Notes under the pieces: model-generated
The model's input: only the letters and a program-made list of their open reading frames with translations
Database searches by the model: none
Told to the model about the DNA's origin: nothing
Shown: positions 24,638-33,554 of the stretch, piece after piece
Numbering within the stretch: the stretch's first letter is position 1
Layout of the letters: each line of letters opens with the position of its first letter
Position numbers and translations under genes: made by a program
NCBI GenBank assembly: GCA_021129655.1
Contig: JAJOLC010000048.1
Span: 1 to 40,918, forward strand
DNA length: 40,918 nt
Direction of reading: 5' to 3'
DNA from: Minisyncoccota bacterium
GTDB lineage: Bacteria > Patescibacteriota > Minisyncoccia > Phycocordibacterales > UBA918

Positions 24638-24668
24638 AACAAAAAACACCCGGTGGGTGTTTTTTGTT
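24638..24668. terminator. Strong bidirectional terminator ~170 nt downstream of rpsJ
   Basis: AACAAAAAACACCC ggt GGGTGTTTTTTGTT. Confidence 0.8.
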
Positions 24669-24835
24669 TTAGCATCAGATTGCCAGCTGTACGGAGCGCG
24701 ACAACACTCTGTAAAGAATGATACTGAGCTCCGCTAGCTCAGCGCTACTACTGAGCAATACGAGAGAAATAAAAGTGGCGTTAGTCCTTTTTATTTCCGA
24801 GTGAGCGCTGGTAGAAAGACAAGCTTCAGCTTGGC

Positions 24836-25183
24836 TTACATCATCTTCACATCGATGTTCACTCCAGATGGGAGTGAGAGGTTCGTTAGAGCCTCTACCA
24901 CTTTTGGACTCGGATTGAGAATGTCGATTACTCGTTTGTGAGTACGCATTTCAAACTGTTCTCGCGCGTCCTTGTGCACGAATGTTGACCGGTTAACCGT
25001 GTACTTCTTAATTTCTGTTGGAAGAGGAATCGGTCCAACTACTTCTGCGTCGAAACGCATAGCGGTATCGATAATCTGCTTCACAGATGCATCAAGAATT
25101 TTGTGCTCGTAGGCACGAACTCGGATACGGAGCTTGTTGATTGCTCCTGCTTTGTCTTTAGTTGATGTAGTTTCTGTGGCCAT
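24836..25183 (-). CDS. rpsJ: 30S ribosomal protein S10 (short N-terminal extension)
   Basis: [39 protein letters not shown]. Confidence 0.95.
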   Translation of the reverse strand: MATETTSTKDKAGAINKLRIRVRAYEHKILDASVKQIIDTAMRFDAEVVGPIPLPTEIKKYTVNRSTFVHKDAREQFEMRTHKRVIDILNPSPKVVEALTNLSLPSGVNIDVKMM

Positions 25184-25209
25184 AATTAGATGTCTTAGTT
25201 AGACATTGC

Positions 25210-26400
25210 TTACGCAACAATCTTTGTTACAACACCAGCTCCTACAGTCTTTCCTCCTTCACGAATAGCGAAGTTTGTTTGCTCTTCCATAGCCACTGGA
25301 GCTACCAACTTCACTTTGAAAGTTGCAGTATCTCCTGGCATAACCATTTCAGTTCCATCAGCTAGAGTTACGTCTCCTGTTACGTCAGTAGTTCGTACGT
25401 AGAACTGAGGCTTGTAACCTGAGAAGAATGGAGTATGTCGTCCCCCTTCATCCTTTGATAGTACGTAAACCTCAGCTTCGAACTCAGTGTGTGGAGTTAC
25501 AGAACCCTTCGCAGCAAGTACTTGACCTCGGTGTACGTCTTCTTTCTTTGTACCTCGCAGAAGAATACCAGCATTGTCTCCAGCCTGAGCCTGATCCAAT
25601 TGCTTGTTGAACATTTCTACTCCAGTAACTGTTGTTAGTGTTGTATCAGAGATACCAACAATTTCAACTTCTTCACCTACTTTTACGATTCCTCGTTCCA
25701 CTCGACCAGTCACTACTGTTCCTCGCCCTTCAATTGAGAAAATGTCCTCAATAGGCATTAGGAATGGCTTGTCTAGGTCTCGTTCTGGTGTTGGGAAGTA
25801 TGCATCCATCGCATCAGCAAGCTCAATAATCTTCGCCTGGTAGTCAGCATCTCCCTCAAGCGCCTTAAGAGCAGAACCCTTGATGATTGGTGCGTTTTCA
25901 CCATCATACCCGGCTGCTGTTAGCATTTCTCGAAGTTCTTCTTCTACTAGTTCAATCATTTCTGCATCGTCAACCATGTCACACTTGTTTAGGAAAACAA
26001 GCATTTGCGGTACACCAACTTGCTTGGCAAGAAGAATGTGCTCACGCGTTTGTGGCATAGCTCCGTCTGTTGCAGCAACAACTAGAACAGCACCGTCCAT
26101 TTGAGCGGCACCTGTAATCATGTTCTTGATGTAGTCGGCGTGACCTGGCGCATCGATGTGTGCGTAGTGTCGAGTTGGAGTTTCGTACTCAGAGTGCGAA
26201 AGCGAAATAGTAATTCCACGAGCTTTTTCTTCAGGAGCCTTATCAATTTCTCCTACGTCTTTTACGTTTGCTGTGTATCCTTCCCCTTTAGCTTTAAGAG
26301 TAGTAAGAATAGCTGCAGTCAAAGTAGTCTTACCGTGGTCAACGTGACCAATGGTTCCTACATTGATGTGCGGCTTTGTTCGGTCATATGCTTCAGCCAT
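25210..26400 (-). CDS. tuf: Elongation factor Tu
   Basis: 396 aa. [22 protein letters not shown]. Confidence 0.98.
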   Translation of the reverse strand: MAEAYDRTKPHINVGTIGHVDHGKTTLTAAILTTLKAKGEGYTANVKDVGEIDKAPEEKARGITISLSHSEYETPTRHYAHIDAPGHADYIKNMITGAAQMDGAVLVVAATDGAMPQTREHILLAKQVGVPQMLVFLNKCDMVDDAEMIELVEEELREMLTAAGYDGENAPIIKGSALKALEGDADYQAKIIELADAMDAYFPTPERDLDKPFLMPIEDIFSIEGRGTVVTGRVERGIVKVGEEVEIVGISDTTLTTVTGVEMFNKQLDQAQAGDNAGILLRGTKKEDVHRGQVLAAKGSVTPHTEFEAEVYVLSKDEGGRHTPFFSGYKPQFYVRTTDVTGDVTLADGTEMVMPGDTATFKVKLVAPVAMEEQTNFAIREGGKTVGAGVVTKIVA

Positions 26401-26632
26401 AATAATACTTAAATTAGTATAAATAATAATTACCGCACACAGCTTGCTTTAGAAAAAGCTTTGGTCTAAGCGTACAATCGAAACGGCGCGAGAACGCCGC
26501 GCTTCGGTTGTAAACCTAGCGTGTGAAAGAGCAGTATATTTTCGCTCCACCCACAGAGTACCTGTGTGCAGTGGAGCTATACTATCAGAACCGCCTTGTT
26601 TTGCAAGCCTAATGTCTCGGGTTTTTACAAAA

Positions 26633-26662
26633 TAAACCCTCAGTCTTATGACTGAGGGTTTA
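26633..26662 (-). terminator. Terminator after the 171-aa ORF
   Basis: TAAACCCTCAGT cttatg ACTGAGGGTTTA. Confidence 0.75.
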
Positions 26663-26745
26663 ATAAGATGAATCATTTTCGTAAACACATCAATACAATT
26701 TAGCCACAAAGAATCTACTGTAATAATCAAGAATTATCTCAACAA

Positions 26746-27261
26746 TTAATCACTTATTATCCTCGAGAAAAATACTTCATAATAATCAGAGCGCTTAATC
26801 ACTTTCAAATCAAAGCCTTCAGACTTTCTTAAGCCACAATAATCAGACCATTCAGGATGAGAATATAATATCCCATAAGACTCTGGGGTAATTTGCACAA
26901 GCATGTTTTTGTCGGCATATAATTGGTGCAATACATCAGCGGCTTTCACTGCATGGTATAGAAAACTCCAAATCTCTTCATTGGTTTTATAGTCAATCAG
27001 CTTTTGTTCAAAATTTTCATACACAACCACTATAGCCGCAATATTGCCAATTTTATGTTCCCTGTTGATACGAATGACTCTATTTACCCGACCGTTTTTC
27101 ATGTCTGCATTATAGAATTGAAAAATATGCTTAACATTCGTTTCTTTTTCTGGATGATGAAATTCTATCGAATGATCTGAAATCACAAAGCTCGAAAGCG
27201 GATGATTAGCAACCAAATTCCTAGCCTGTTCTAGCGTTAATGGTGATTCAATATCTGCCAC
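26746..27261 (-). CDS. Hypothetical 171-aa protein inserted between fusA and tuf
   Basis: GTG start. Visibly more AT-rich than its neighbours. Own downstream terminator at 26633-26662. I recognise no domain. Confidence 0.5.
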   Translation of the reverse strand: MADIESPLTLEQARNLVANHPLSSFVISDHSIEFHHPEKETNVKHIFQFYNADMKNGRVNRVIRINREHKIGNIAAIVVVYENFEQKLIDYKTNEEIWSFLYHAVKAADVLHQLYADKNMLVQITPESYGILYSHPEWSDYCGLRKSEGFDLKVIKRSDYYEVFFSRIISD

Positions 27262-27334
27262 GTTCTTCTCATTATTTTATTTATTACAAAAACTATCCAA
27301 TGTCTATATAACCATATACAAACTTTTTGTAAAC

Positions 27335-27375
27335 AAAAAAAATAAAAGTTCGGCGTAGAATACCGAACTTTTATT
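27335..27375 (-). terminator. Terminator after fusA
   Basis: AAAAGTTCGG..CCGAACTTTT followed by U8 on the minus strand. Confidence 0.75.
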
Positions 27376-27395
27376 ATTATTTTAATTTCTACAAT

Positions 27396-29576
27396 CTAGT
27401 CTTCGTCACTAACTCCTCGCGCTTTTTTGATTTCAGCAGCAACATTTGGTGGTACTACTTCGTAGTGGTCAAACTCCATTGTCATTGACGCTCGTCCTTG
27501 AGTCATTGAACGTAGAGTATTTGTGTAGCCAAACATTTCTGAAAGAGGAACCTTTGCATTAACAATTGTCTTACCTCCCAACTCTTCAGACCCTTCCACC
27601 TGTCCGCGTTTTGAAGAAATGTTTCCATTAACATCTCCCAGGTATTCCTCTGGAGTTCGCACCTCAACCTTCATGATTGGCTCTAAGATAACTGCATTAG
27701 CTCTCTTTGCACCCTCCTTGAACGCTTGAATACCAGCTAGCTTGAAAGCAATCTCACTTGAGTCGACGTCGTGGAATGAACCATCGTAAAGCTCAACTGA
27801 AACATCTTCCATTTTGTATCCGGCCACCATACCTCGGCTCATAGCTTCTTTACACCCCTTCATTACAGCTGGAATATACTCTTGTGGAATAACACCTCCC
27901 TTAATACTGTTAATGAATTCAAAGTGGTCTTCTCTAGTTACATTCTTTGGCAGCTTCTTTGGCTCTCCGTCGGCATCTAGTTCAAGTGCTTCTAGAGGTT
28001 TGATTCTAATTTTCACATGACCGTACTGACCTCGTCCACCAGACTGCTTAACGTACTTATGTTCTGCCTCAGCCTCTCGTTGAATTGTTTCTCGGTATGC
28101 CACCTGCGGCTTTCCGATATTTGCCTCTACGCCAAACTCTCGCTTCATTCGGTCAACTAAAATGTCTAGATGGAGTTCACCCATTCCTGCAATAATAGTT
28201 TCTAACGTCTCTTCATCAGTAGAAACTTTGAAGGTTGGGTCTTCATCAGATAGCCGCTTTAGAGCAACACCCATTTTTTCCTGATCATTCTTAGTTTTTG
28301 GCTCTACTCGTACTGCCACCACTGGTTCTGGGAAAGTGATAGTTTCAAGTAGAATTTGGTTATCCAAGTCACAAAGAGTGTGTGATGTTTTCACCTCCTT
28401 AATTCCTACTGCTGCAGCAATCTCTCCCGCGTACACTTCCTCTACTTCTTCTCGCTTATCAGCCATTAATCGTACGATACGACCGACTCTTTCTTTATTT
28501 CCAGTTGAAGAATTCACGATGTACGTACCTGACTTAACTACTCCAGAATAAACTCTAAAGAAAGCTAACTGTCCTACAAATTTGTCGTCTTGTAGCTTAA
28601 ACACTAGAGCACTGAAAGGTTCTTCGTCAGAAGGCTTTCGTGTTACGACAACTTCTTCATCCTTAGGGTCGGTTCCTTGTACGTCTTCTAGATCAAGTGG
28701 TGAAGGAAGGTAATCTACCACTGCATCTAGCACAAGTTGTACACCGATGTTTTGAAGTGCTGTTCCAGCCATCACTGGGAAGATTTCGTTAGCCAATACA
28801 GCCTTTCGGAGAGTCTTCTTAAGATCTTCATTTGAAGGTTCGTTACCTTCTAGAAAAGCCTCCATCAATTCGTCATCATGCTCAACTACTCGTTCGATAA
28901 GTTCTGCTCGTCGAGCTTCAGCCTCAGCTTTGAATTCTTCAGGGACATCACCTTCAGTCACATCCATGCCCATTTCTCCAGCAAAAGTGTATGCCTTCAT
29001 GGTAATCAAATCAACCACTCCGCTCATGTTGTCTTCAGCCCCCATCGGGATTTGGATTCGACAAGCTTTTTTGGAAAGACGTTCTTCAATAGATTTAACT
29101 GCTGCATCATAATCAGCCCCCAACTTGTCCATCTTGTTTACAAAACAAATTCTAGGAACATTTGCCTCATCAGCATAACCCCAGTTAGTTTCAGTTTGTG
29201 GCTCTACTCCGGCCGCACCATCAAATACAACCACGGCTCCGTCGAGTACACGCATAGACCGCTTTACTTCAGCAGTAAAATCAATGTGACCTGGTGTGTC
29301 AATAATGTTAAAAGTGAACTGCTTGTCTTTATTATCTCGGTCTGTTTCTAGAGTTTTTGACCAGTTACATGAAATAGCCGCTGCAGTAATAGTAATACCT
29401 CGCTCTCGTTCCTGATCCATCCAGTCGGTAACAGTTTCACCATCGTGAACTTCACCAATCTTGTGACTCATTCCTGTATAAAAAAGAATACGTTCTGAGG
29501 TTGTTGTTTTACCTGCATCTACGTGCGCAACGATACCAAAGTTTCGCAGCTTCTCTAAGGGAAATGCTCGTGCCAT
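27396..29576 (-). CDS. fusA: Elongation factor G
   Basis: 726 aa. AHVDAGKTTTSERIL, DTPGHIDF, NKMDK. Confidence 0.98.
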   Translation of the reverse strand: MARAFPLEKLRNFGIVAHVDAGKTTTSERILFYTGMSHKIGEVHDGETVTDWMDQERERGITITAAAISCNWSKTLETDRDNKDKQFTFNIIDTPGHIDFTAEVKRSMRVLDGAVVVFDGAAGVEPQTETNWGYADEANVPRICFVNKMDKLGADYDAAVKSIEERLSKKACRIQIPMGAEDNMSGVVDLITMKAYTFAGEMGMDVTEGDVPEEFKAEAEARRAELIERVVEHDDELMEAFLEGNEPSNEDLKKTLRKAVLANEIFPVMAGTALQNIGVQLVLDAVVDYLPSPLDLEDVQGTDPKDEEVVVTRKPSDEEPFSALVFKLQDDKFVGQLAFFRVYSGVVKSGTYIVNSSTGNKERVGRIVRLMADKREEVEEVYAGEIAAAVGIKEVKTSHTLCDLDNQILLETITFPEPVVAVRVEPKTKNDQEKMGVALKRLSDEDPTFKVSTDEETLETIIAGMGELHLDILVDRMKREFGVEANIGKPQVAYRETIQREAEAEHKYVKQSGGRGQYGHVKIRIKPLEALELDADGEPKKLPKNVTREDHFEFINSIKGGVIPQEYIPAVMKGCKEAMSRGMVAGYKMEDVSVELYDGSFHDVDSSEIAFKLAGIQAFKEGAKRANAVILEPIMKVEVRTPEEYLGDVNGNISSKRGQVEGSEELGGKTIVNAKVPLSEMFGYTNTLRSMTQGRASMTMEFDHYEVVPPNVAAEIKKARGVSDED

Positions 29577-29763
29577 AAATAATGTGTATTTATACTTTTA
29601 ATAAATCTGTCGATCGAAGCAATACAACTAGCGCTCCTGTCCGACATAACATAAATGAAACATAGTCGCTGACGCTCTTTGTTTACACCTATTAATTACC
29701 TTCCTAATACAACCTAATTTTAGATATGCGTAATAGAAAACTGCCCGAAGGCAAGATGGCGCA

Positions 29764-29792
29764 ACTATACGTCATCCAAGATAAAATTTCAA
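29764..29792 (-). promoter_or_regulatory. Putative fusA promoter
   Basis: Minus strand: TTGAAA (29792-29787), 17 nt, TATAGT (29769-29764). It is followed by a small UUCG hairpin plus U-run and a ~190-nt leader. Confidence 0.45.
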
Positions 29793-29857
29793 CCGTCAAA
29801 ATCCTAATTTAGGGTTATTTGAAAGAAAAAATACTCCTGTTCGTATGTAAAGTTAAG

Positions 29858-29887
29858 TTGACGGAAGTTGGTTTTTCTCGGTAGGAT
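29858..29887 (+). promoter_or_regulatory. Putative promoter of the DUF3179 gene
   Basis: TTGACG, 18 nt, TAGGAT. Confidence 0.3.
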
Positions 29888-29914
29888 ACGATTATTAATA
29901 TTGGCCTCAATAAT

Positions 29915-30940
29915 ATGAAAAATAATACTCACAAAAATATCTTAGTCGGTGTCTTTATACTCGCTGTTATTCTATCGTTAGCCTATTTTACCTTGCTAGA
30001 CAGACCTTCTGAAGACAATGCTTTAACCAACTCTGATAAGACAAATACTGTGTCTAATATTCCTATTTATCTACAAGGATTATTTTCAGATACTGACTGG
30101 AGTAAGTCTAACCCTGACTTAAAAGATGCGTTGTCTGGTGGACCAACCAAGGACGGTATTCCAGCGCTAGATAATCCAAAATTTATTTCTCTTAGTGAGT
30201 CTGATTACACTGGCGATATGCAAGCGATTGTTATCAAAGGAACTAGTGAGACTAAAGTATATCCTTACGGAATAATGACTTGGCACGAAATAGTTAATGA
30301 TACCGTCGACGATACTCCCGTCGCAATAACCTTCTGTCCACTGTGTGGCAGCGCTATTGTCTACAATCGAACTCTCCCTACTGAGGAAGTTTCTACTTTT
30401 GGAGTTAGTGGTTCGCTGCTCGAAAGTAATATGATTATGTATGACCGAGCAACTGAAAACCTGTGGCAACAAAGCACCGGAAAGGTGTTAGCCGGTTCAC
30501 ACTTCCCTGCCCAGCTTAAGCTCGTACCTTTTCAGCTAATGACTATTGGAGAAGCCCAAGAGAGTTATCCAGCAGCTGTCGTTCTTAGTAAAGATACTGG
30601 ACATGGTCGTAACTACGACCGCAATCCGTACTCTGGATACGAAACCAACAACCAATTTGTTTTCGAGCCGAGCGCTATAGACGCAACCTTTCCACCAAAA
30701 ACCATAATGGCTGTATTTCGAACCGTTAATGAAACACCTGTTACTGTACCGTGGTTAGCGTTACGAGAAGCAGGCATGACCAGCACCACCATTGATGGCA
30801 TGACTTACTCACTAGTCGTTTCCAACAACGGAGAAATGGTTATTTCTGATTCAGACGGAAACAGTTATCCTTTCTACTTTGAAATGTGGTTCAGCTTTGC
30901 TGTACAACATGGCGACAAGGCCATCGTAATCGAAACCTAA
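29915..30940 (+). CDS. DUF3179-family membrane-anchored protein
   Basis: N-terminal TM. DGIPALDNPKF, FCPLCGSAIVYNR, FGVSGSLLESNMIMYD, LWQQSTG match the DUF3179 pattern as I recall it. Confidence 0.75.
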   Translation: MKNNTHKNILVGVFILAVILSLAYFTLLDRPSEDNALTNSDKTNTVSNIPIYLQGLFSDTDWSKSNPDLKDALSGGPTKDGIPALDNPKFISLSESDYTGDMQAIVIKGTSETKVYPYGIMTWHEIVNDTVDDTPVAITFCPLCGSAIVYNRTLPTEEVSTFGVSGSLLESNMIMYDRATENLWQQSTGKVLAGSHFPAQLKLVPFQLMTIGEAQESYPAAVVLSKDTGHGRNYDRNPYSGYETNNQFVFEPSAIDATFPPKTIMAVFRTVNETPVTVPWLALREAGMTSTTIDGMTYSLVVSNNGEMVISDSDGNSYPFYFEMWFSFAVQHGDKAIVIET

Positions 30941-30995
30941 TCCCTAGCAAAAGGTTACAATGTACTCATTACTTAACTTATAAATAAACTTATTT

Positions 30996-31184
30996 ATGTC
31001 TTGCAAACCCAAGAAAGTAGTTCAAGGATTATTAGCTATCGGTGTAATAGCAGTCGGAGTTTACATGATGTGGAATTTCGCTTGGCCAACCCCGCCGGCA
31101 GTTAGTGGATTAGGATTCCTATTTACTGGCCTAGCGCTTTGGATTCCTCACTGTCCAATAGCTAGAGTGATTTTCGGAGAATAG
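30996..31184 (+). CDS. DUF2892 (YgaP-like) small membrane protein
   Basis: 62 aa, two TM segments, C-terminal HCPIARVIFG motif. Confidence 0.6.
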   Translation: MSCKPKKVVQGLLAIGVIAVGVYMMWNFAWPTPPAVSGLGFLFTGLALWIPHCPIARVIFGE

Positions 31185-31197
31185 TTTCCTTGTAAAA

Positions 31198-31236
31198 CAA
31201 AAGTGGCGCGAACCTTCGGTTCGCGCCACTTTTGTT
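31198..31236. terminator. Bidirectional terminator between the DUF2892 and DUF1905 genes
   Basis: ACAAAAGTGGCGCGAACC ttcg GTTCGCGCCACTTTTGT. Confidence 0.85.
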
Positions 31237-31259
31237 TATACTCCCAACTGTATAGAAAA

Positions 31260-31547
31260 CTATACCTTCTCCCCAACCTCAACGTCTTCCGCTCTACGCA
31301 CCTTAACCTTAATCGGGAGCAGGTATGAACCAGATGATTTACTAGGAAAAATTGAAGTCTTCCAAACAGTTTCACCGATCTTAACTTCTACTGGTAGTGA
31401 ACCAAACCCTCGACTATTTTTTCCATACACTTTTTTAATTTCCTGCCCGTATTTTTTTGTAATCGGTAAAAAGTGCCAATTAGCATTTTCACTTGGGTAG
31501 ATAAACATAGTTTCTGTCATTGAGTAGAAACCTTTCTTTTTTGGCAT
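31260..31547 (-). CDS. DUF1905-family protein
   Basis: WHFLPITKKYGQEIKKVYG..RGFGSLPVEVKIGETVWKTSIFPSKSSGSYLLPIKVKVRR. Confidence 0.7.
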   Translation of the reverse strand: MPKKKGFYSMTETMFIYPSENANWHFLPITKKYGQEIKKVYGKNSRGFGSLPVEVKIGETVWKTSIFPSKSSGSYLLPIKVKVRRAEDVEVGEKV

Positions 31548-31548
31548 G

Positions 31549-32394
31549 TTAATTAGAAATTAAACACTCCCCCTTAGTATACGAATTTACATTCCCTTGA
31601 GCACAAGCAGAGCAGCTATTACTGAATGTTTGTTGGACTGGATAACAAGGGGCTGTAATACATTGCACTGCAACTTCACCACAAACTGGTGCGTACATTT
31701 GATTACACGCTTCAGCCTTTTTCGATTCTGGAGAACATTCAATCGGTAGACCTGGTTCTGATGGAGAACTCGAGCAAGCCGCAAACTCACAATCAGGACC
31801 AAGTCTTCCTACAGCAGAACCGTCGGGGCAAATCCTGGCGTCCATAGTGCAAGCCACTGAATAATCACGAATTGGTGGCACTGTAATAGGTGCGGCATCT
31901 TCTGATGGTTTAGAGTTTCCCTCTACCAGACTTAAGGATTCAATAACATATCCTATTGACGAATTATTTAGACCCACCTGCAAGCGGCTAGTGACGTTGA
32001 CCAGCAATGTTTCTATACCCTCCTCAGTCACAGATTGTGCTGCACTGTGTATTATTTCAACCTTACCTAGCTCGTGAACTAGTTCACTGTTTCTATATTC
32101 ATAGTGACCAATCGTCGCTTCTACACCATCAAAGTCTTGAGGGAGAAGACTTGGAAATACCTGCATGAACATGAACGGTTCAAACCCTTCAATTGGCTGC
32201 CCAAGCTCAGTCCTAACTTTATTTTCAATCTCAAATCTAAACTCTGTCACATCAATAGTAACGTTTTCTGGTGGCAGAACAATCACTACAGGAGACTGGA
32301 GTTCTTGATTAACAACAGTAGTCATATGCCAAAAAACTAATCCCATCAAAAACAAAACTGCAAACCCAAAAATAATCTCTGGTGTCTTTTCCAT
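31549..32394 (-). CDS. Membrane-anchored Cys-rich protein with C-terminal Kazal-like domain
   Basis: N-terminal TM. CTMDARICPDGSAVGRLGPDCEFAAC, then C..MYAPVCGEVAVQC..PC...TFSNSCSAC (Kazal-like C-x-Y-x-PVCG spacing). Confidence 0.6.
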   Translation of the reverse strand: MEKTPEIIFGFAVLFLMGLVFWHMTTVVNQELQSPVVIVLPPENVTIDVTEFRFEIENKVRTELGQPIEGFEPFMFMQVFPSLLPQDFDGVEATIGHYEYRNSELVHELGKVEIIHSAAQSVTEEGIETLLVNVTSRLQVGLNNSSIGYVIESLSLVEGNSKPSEDAAPITVPPIRDYSVACTMDARICPDGSAVGRLGPDCEFAACSSSPSEPGLPIECSPESKKAEACNQMYAPVCGEVAVQCITAPCYPVQQTFSNSCSACAQGNVNSYTKGECLISN

Positions 32395-32456
32395 ATGTAT
32401 AATGATGCCCTTTTCGGGTCAGCTAAGCAAGTCCGATGTACACCAAGCATACCTCC

Positions 32457-32660
32457 CTAAATCAAACCTTCGAGTGCTGAAGTGTATGAACTAATCAGTG
32501 AAGGCAAAGCAAATACTAAAAGTAAGGCTGGCAAAATAATGACAACTATCGTAGTCCAGAATGTCCACTTCATATACTTCTCAGTTTTTCGTACTGATTG
32601 TAAAATATCGCTAATTTTAATCTCTTGTTCATCGAGCTGTTCTTGTACTTTAGGATTCAT
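32457..32660 (-). CDS. Small tail-anchored membrane protein
   Basis: I prefer the start MNPKVQEQL (ATG at 32660) over the track start at 32693. One C-terminal TM (WTFWTTIVVIILPALLLVFALP). Confidence 0.45.
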   Translation of the reverse strand: MNPKVQEQLDEQEIKISDILQSVRKTEKYMKWTFWTTIVVIILPALLLVFALPSLISSYTSALEGLI

Positions 32661-32703
32661 AAAATTTAATTTAACTTTTATACAGTTTAGCAATAAATAA
32701 ACA

Positions 32704-32728
32704 AAAGCCGGCGCTTCGCGCCGGCTTT
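32704..32728 (-). terminator. Terminator after the GIY-YIG-2 / 21-aa ORF
   Basis: AAAGCCGGCGC ttc GCGCCGGCTTT. Confidence 0.75.
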
Positions 32729-32732
32729 ATTT

Positions 32733-32798
32733 CTACTTCTTAATCTTGTCTTTCTTTGGTTTCTTCACCTCTTTTTTTCTGTCTTGTCCTTTTGCCAT
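32733..32798 (-). CDS. Possible 21-aa highly basic peptide
   Basis: Hand translation: MAKGQDRKKEVKKPKKDKIKK, TAG stop, abutting terminator 32704-32728. Downstream of the GIY-YIG gene. No SD. Confidence 0.2.
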   Translation of the reverse strand: MAKGQDRKKEVKKPKKDKIKK

Positions 32799-32855
32799 AA
32801 AATATTTTGATTATGTCTACAGTATAAATCTATTATCCAATAATTAACAGGTGAG

Positions 32856-33137
32856 TTACTGACTCTTATCATTTACTAAGGCAAATTTCTTTTCTCTTCT
32901 CAATTGTTTAATCGCATATTCTCTTTGAGTCGCTTTACTACGAGTATCATACTTCTCGCTATAAATAATCTTGACCGGTCTACGGCCCCTAGTATATTTA
33001 GCCCCAGAGGAACGGGCACTAGCTGTACTTCCGTCTCCGTTATGCTCTGCAAGTCTTTTTTCAAGGTCAGTTGTGTAACCGGTATATAAACTATCATCTG
33101 AACATTTTGCCACATAAACGTAGTGTGCCATGCTCAA
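32856..33137 (-). CDS. Stand-alone GIY-YIG nuclease-domain protein (second copy)
   Basis: HYVYVAKCSDDSLYTGYTTDLEKRLAEHN...REYAIKQL. It begins immediately after the upstream membrane-protein stop. Confidence 0.85.
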   Translation of the reverse strand: MSMAHYVYVAKCSDDSLYTGYTTDLEKRLAEHNGDGSTASARSSGAKYTRGRRPVKIIYSEKYDTRSKATQREYAIKQLRREKKFALVNDKSQ

Positions 33138-33437
33138 TTAATCTTCGAGAGTGTTTTTCCCTCCCCACTGCCACTTAAGCGACTCCCCTGTTCGCCAAAC
33201 AACTATCAAGAATAAAATAGTTGCACCCGCAAGCGGCCCAGCAATCATTATCGGCATGCCGGTTTCTGATACTGGCCCAAAAAATATTACTCCAAACACA
33301 AACGCTATGTAAACAACCAGCACCAGCCAACCTTTTTTCGTGGCAGGAATCCAGCCAATACCGTACATCTTACGCTTAAACCAATACCCCTCTGGATTAT
33401 CTTTAAGATAATCAACACATTCTCTTAAAAGATTCAT
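33138..33437 (-). CDS. Small membrane protein (2-3 TM), unknown family
   Basis: 99 aa with hydrophobic segments WLVLVVYIAFVFGVIFFGP and IMIAGPLAGATILFLIVVW. Confidence 0.55.
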   Translation of the reverse strand: MNLLRECVDYLKDNPEGYWFKRKMYGIGWIPATKKGWLVLVVYIAFVFGVIFFGPVSETGMPIMIAGPLAGATILFLIVVWRTGESLKWQWGGKNTLED

Positions 33438-33516
33438 TGAATTTAGTATGTACCCATATTTTAAAGGTGTAAAGGGTAAATGAACACACTTTCTAAACTA
33501 CGACACACCAGAAAAG

Positions 33517-33547
33517 AAAGGGGGCGGAACCTGAGTTCCGCCCTTTT
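33517..33547 (-). terminator. Terminator after the ABC-F gene
   Basis: GGGGCGGAAC ctga GTTCCGCCCT plus a T-run. Confidence 0.7.
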
Positions 33548-33554
33548 GCTTTCA

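Noticed and set aside
18690-24815. Apparent shared motif GAGAGAAAT-hairpin-ATTTCC-RAG-YGAGCGC at 18693-18740 and 24762-24800
   Set aside because: The similarity is short, partly forced by hairpin symmetry, and sits in different positions relative to the genes. It would need genome-wide motif statistics before it can be claimed.
26449-26730. 93-aa minus-strand ORF upstream of tuf
   Set aside because: It runs through the terminator of the 171-aa gene and several strong hairpins. It is more likely tuf leader or intergenic RNA.
31148-31375. 75-aa minus-strand ORF overlapping the 31198-31236 terminator and the DUF1905 3' end
   Set aside because: It crosses a strong bidirectional terminator and overlaps a recognisable gene in another frame.
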